A DNA stretch of 63,198 nucleotides, filler included, from Fonticula-like sp. SCN 57-25 (lineage: Eukaryota): the NCBI GenBank assembly GCA_001724245.1. It is 8 parts of 8 records of this genome, joined end to end, with 100 filler letters (N's around TTAATTAATTAA, not from the genome) between each part and the next. Parts side by side here need not be neighbours in the genome. Positions count along the whole stretch, not along the records: positions 55,757 to 63,198 come from MEDX01000365.1; 7 more parts are not named here. The stretch is one strand, 5' to 3'. Below the pieces are notes generated by a model. The model saw only the letters and a list, made by a program, of their open reading frames with translations. It ran no database searches and had not been told where the DNA came from. The position numbers and the translations under genes were made by a program. Of this stretch, positions 59,685 to 63,198 are shown piece by piece; within the stretch, counting starts at the first letter, position 1; each line of letters opens with the position of its first letter.

Positions 59685-61282
59685 ATGGAAGATCACAAGC
59701 TGCTCATCGAAGATGCGCAGACAAGCCCTCGGGAAGATGTGCGCGACGTGATTTTTTCCACGGGTGATATTTTTGCTCACGCTCGGCGAGCAGCCATCCG
59801 AGTTTGTCGACATTGACATTGATGAGCCGGTCGAAGTTCGCGAGCACGAGTCGGCGCTCGCAACCCTGTGGGAGACCTTTTTCAACATCACCAAGTCAAT
59901 CGTCGGCGCCGGCTCCTTTGCGCTGCCGTACTGCATGAAGAACATGGGCGTCGTGCTCGGGTCGCTCACCATCGTCATCCTCGGCGTGGTGTGCACGTAC
60001 GCCGTGCTAATCCTGCTCGAGTGCAAGCAACATCTCGTGCGCAAGACGCAGAACCGCGACTTGACCTATGTTGATATTGGTACGCGCGTCGTTAATTGGC
60101 CGGGCGGCGAGCTCTGACGCCCGTGGCTGCTGCCATAGGCCGTGCATCGTTTGGCAAGTGGATGTCGCGCTTCGTGTACCTGTGTCTCATCGTTGCGGCC
60201 ATCGGCGCGTCGTCATCGTACGTCGTGTTCATCGGCACGACGCTCTACGAGGCGTTTGGGACGCGCGTCGGCATCAGCGTCATTGGCTACAAGCTGATCG
60301 CCACGGCGATCCTCATCCCCCTTTCCTGTACGAAGTTGTTGTTTCATACGTGTCCCTGACTTGCATCCTAGGGCTGCGCACGCTCAAGGCGCTGTCCAAC
60401 TTTTCCGCGCTTGGCACGCTGGCGCTGCTACTCGGCCTGTGTGTCACGATGGCGTATGGCTTCAAGTACGAGCGCGAAAACATCCGGACGACGGAGCCCG
60501 AGCTGTTCCGCTTTGACACGTACTTTCACTCGTTCGGCTCGGTCGCTTTCCTCTTTTGCATCAGCTTCCTCGTACTGCCCATCGAGCGCAGCATGAAGGA
60601 CAACCGCCTCTTTTGGCTGCCTTTGACGGCTTCCGTCGTGGCCGTCACCATCACAAACATCATCTTTGCCATCCTCGGGTACCTCTTCTTTGGCGCGGCC
60701 ATCGAGGACAACATCCTAAACAACCTCACCGAGCCGGACGTCCTCGTCGACATCGTCAAGGGTGCGTTTACGTATCTGGTTTTTGTGGACTGTTTGACCA
60801 TTGTTTATCATGTTTGACGCACGTGTTGTCCTGCTGCCTTTCCATACTCTTTTGCTAACGATTCTTCTCAGTGGCCGTCTGCTTTGACCTCCTCTTCACG
60901 TTCCCGCTGGTTTTCAGCCCAGCCCGCGAGGTGATTGAGAACTCGATCCTGCACCGCAGCACCGGCTGGATGAACACCAAGCGCAACATCATCCGCACCG
61001 TCCTCGTCATCATGACATTTGGCGTCGCCCAGGTGCGCCTCGGCCGCCGTCCTTTTCGACTGCATGCTCACGCGTTGATGTCAAAAGATTCCGACCTTTA
61101 GCATCATCACCAACATTGTCGGCATCCCGATGTCGATCCTGGCGTTTGTGCTGCCGCCGCTGATGCACATTGCGCTGGAGGGGCGCGACTCCTTCTCCAC
61201 GCCAAAGCTGCTCGTGTACTACTCGATGGTGGCCGGCGGGACGCTGTGCGCCATCCTCACCACCGTGTTCTCCTTCCTGTGA
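59685..61282 (+). CDS. AAAP-family amino acid transporter (SLC36/Avt-like), multi-exon
   Basis: FFNITKSIVGAGSFALPY, VLPIERSMK, LFTFPL...PAREVIE, AFVLPP; about 11 TM segments. Confidence 0.9.
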
Positions 61283-61492
61283 TCATTTTTCGGCATGTTT
61301 CGGCATGTTTTCAAGCATGGATCATCCTCATCCCGTCACGTTTTTTCTTTCATTTTCCCTTGCATGTGCATCACCTGCACGCTAGACTATCTTATATCAT
61401 GCTAGTTCCACTCTGGCAGGCTGGCCTGTCCGGTCCCGTTAATACCGTTATTTCCTCCATTGTACAAGAGTTTTAATATAGAACAATAGAGG

Positions 61493-62764
61493 CTAGGCCC
61501 TACACCTTGAGCGCCTCGGCAAGGTCGCCGCTCTTGTCCATCTCCTTGATGATGTCGACGCCGCCGAGCAGCTCGCCGTTGACGTAGAGCTGCGGGAACG
61601 TCGGCCAGTTCGAGTACTTTTTGACGCCCTCGCGGATCTCCTGGTCCGACAGCACGTCAAAGTGGCCCATCTAGTATGCTGGGTTAGCGACCCCGCGCGG
61701 ACAGAGCAAGCTGCGTACGTCGACAATGTTGTACGGCCGGAGCACTTCGATCATCTGCCGGCTGAATCCGCACTTGACCGCGTCGGGCGATCCCTTCATG
61801 AACAGCATGACCGGCCGCTTCGTGATGATGGCCTTGATGCGCTCCTCTGTCGTCTGCGCCGCTGTTTTTGTGTCAGTCAGGGGCATTCAAATGGGGTGGC
61901 GCGTACGCGGGCGGACGGGCAGCGTGAGCTCGAGGTCGCCCGCCGCGGCGATCTCCTTGATGATGTCGAGCCCGCCAACAAGCTCGCCGTCCACGTACAC
62001 CTGCGGGAACGTCGGCCACTTTGAAAACTCCTTAAGGCCTAGTGATGTGTCAGCACGCGCGTTGAGGGCTAACAAGCGCACCTTGGCGGACCTGCTCGTC
62101 CTCGAGGATGTTGAAAGAGTCAAACTCAATGTTGTGCGACGCAAAGACCTCCATGAGCTGGCGCGTGAAGCCGCAGCGCGGCTGCGACGGCGTGCCCTTG
62201 ATGAAAGCGACGCACTTGGCCTTGGTGATCAGCGAGCGGATGCGGGCATCGAGGGCAGCGGCATCGAGCGGGGCGCCGGGAGCGGCCGGCTTGGCCGCCA
62301 GCGGCTGCACGGCCGCCGCCTTGGCGGCAAGCTCCCTCACCTTGCTCGTCAGCTGGCCGGCGTCGGCTCCCGCAACGCGGCCCTCGACCTTGCCGCGGAG
62401 CACAAACACAAAGTACGGAACAGAGTCGACCTCATAGTACTCGGCCGCCTCGGCAACATTCTCCGCCTCCACCTGCGGCCCAACAAGGTTTAGCCCAACC
62501 GAAGAAGAGGAGAGCGCCGTACCGACACAAAGGCGAGCGCCGGGGTCGCACGAGCGAGCTCGTCAAACACCGTGTTCATGTGCGCACATGGCTCGGCCCA
62601 TGACGCCCAAAAATTGATGACGGCGTACTTGCCCGCCGCGGCGGCCGCGCTCAGCGCAGCGTCCAGCTCGCCCACAGTCTAAAGCATGGGACGCCACCGT
62701 CAGTAAACGCAGGCCCCAATGCATGCATTCGCAGGTCTACACGCACCGTCACCGCCGACGCCAT
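61493..62764 (-). CDS. GLRX3: Monothiol glutaredoxin 3 (Trx domain plus two Grx domains)
   Basis: [52 protein letters not shown]. Confidence 0.95.
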
Positions 62765-62818
62765 CGTATCACACGTGACCTAAAGGCAACTGCCGCACGG
62801 AGAGGGCGGCGAAAACTA

Positions 62819-63198
62819 ATGTTGTCGAGCGAGGCGGTGTCGAGCGCCGCGGCCATGACGGTCGTGGCGTCGATACTGGGGCAGGGCGGGCAGCAGGCGC
62901 CGGCGCGGACATGGTCGCCGTCGCTCGGCCAGACAGAGTCGGGGAGGCTCATCGAGGCCGCCCGCCATGTCCAGGATCAGCGGAGAGCGGTCGCGGAGCT
63001 CGCGAGCGGAGCGGCGACGCTGCAGAACGCGCTTTTAGCTCACGACAGAATGAACGGCGGCGGTGTTGGGGAGGCGGCAGTGGCGCCGGCAGCAGCAGCG
63101 GCCAAGCGCCATACAGTGGTGAACGCGGTATCGCAGCTCAGCAAGGAAGAGCTGACAGAATCCAGCTCGGGTGAAAGCGATGTCGAGGACTCGGGGGA
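62819..63198 (+). CDS. Hypothetical protein, 5' fragment running off the window
   Basis: Frame open from the ATG at 62819 to the window end, divergent from GLRX3. Confidence 0.4.
   Translation, partial: MLSSEAVSSAAAMTVVASILGQGGQQAPARTWSPSLGQTESGRLIEAARHVQDQRRAVAELASGAATLQNALLAHDRMNGGGVGEAAVAPAAAAAKRHTVVNAVSQLSKEELTESSSGESDVEDSG

Overview
The window is eight assembly contigs joined by 100-nt N/TTAATTAATTAA linkers (1-8152, 8253-17268, 17369-24860, 24961-32677, 32778-40247, 40348-48108, 48209-55656, 55757-63198), so adjacency across linkers is not biological. Seven contigs come from a GC-rich, gene-dense, intron-containing eukaryote. Fungal-type Bir1, NDUFS6, Mic19 and NoxD/p22phox plus RNF220 suggest an early-diverging fungus or close holomycotan relative (inference). 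These contigs carry mostly housekeeping genes (VPS13, UTP21, RABGGTB, MRPL16, MECR, CTU2, DCTN4, SAE1, GLRX3 and others). Contig 8253-17268 is very AT-rich, intronless and looks like a giant virus (Mimiviridae-like): it has an Mre11-Rad50 fusion, AAAATTGA promoter motifs and 3' hairpins. The main finding lies in that contig: a ~520-nt repeated non-coding element (9011-9528 and 16745-17268). It starts at an AAAATTGA motif and folds into a large multi-helix RNA supported by many compensatory base changes between the two copies. Copy 1 sits directly before an ORF. A third copy (10217-10312) appears to lack precisely the ~412-nt structured core, like an empty or spliced allele. I could not assign the element to any RNA family I know. 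All gene calls come from motif recognition by eye; no searches were run.
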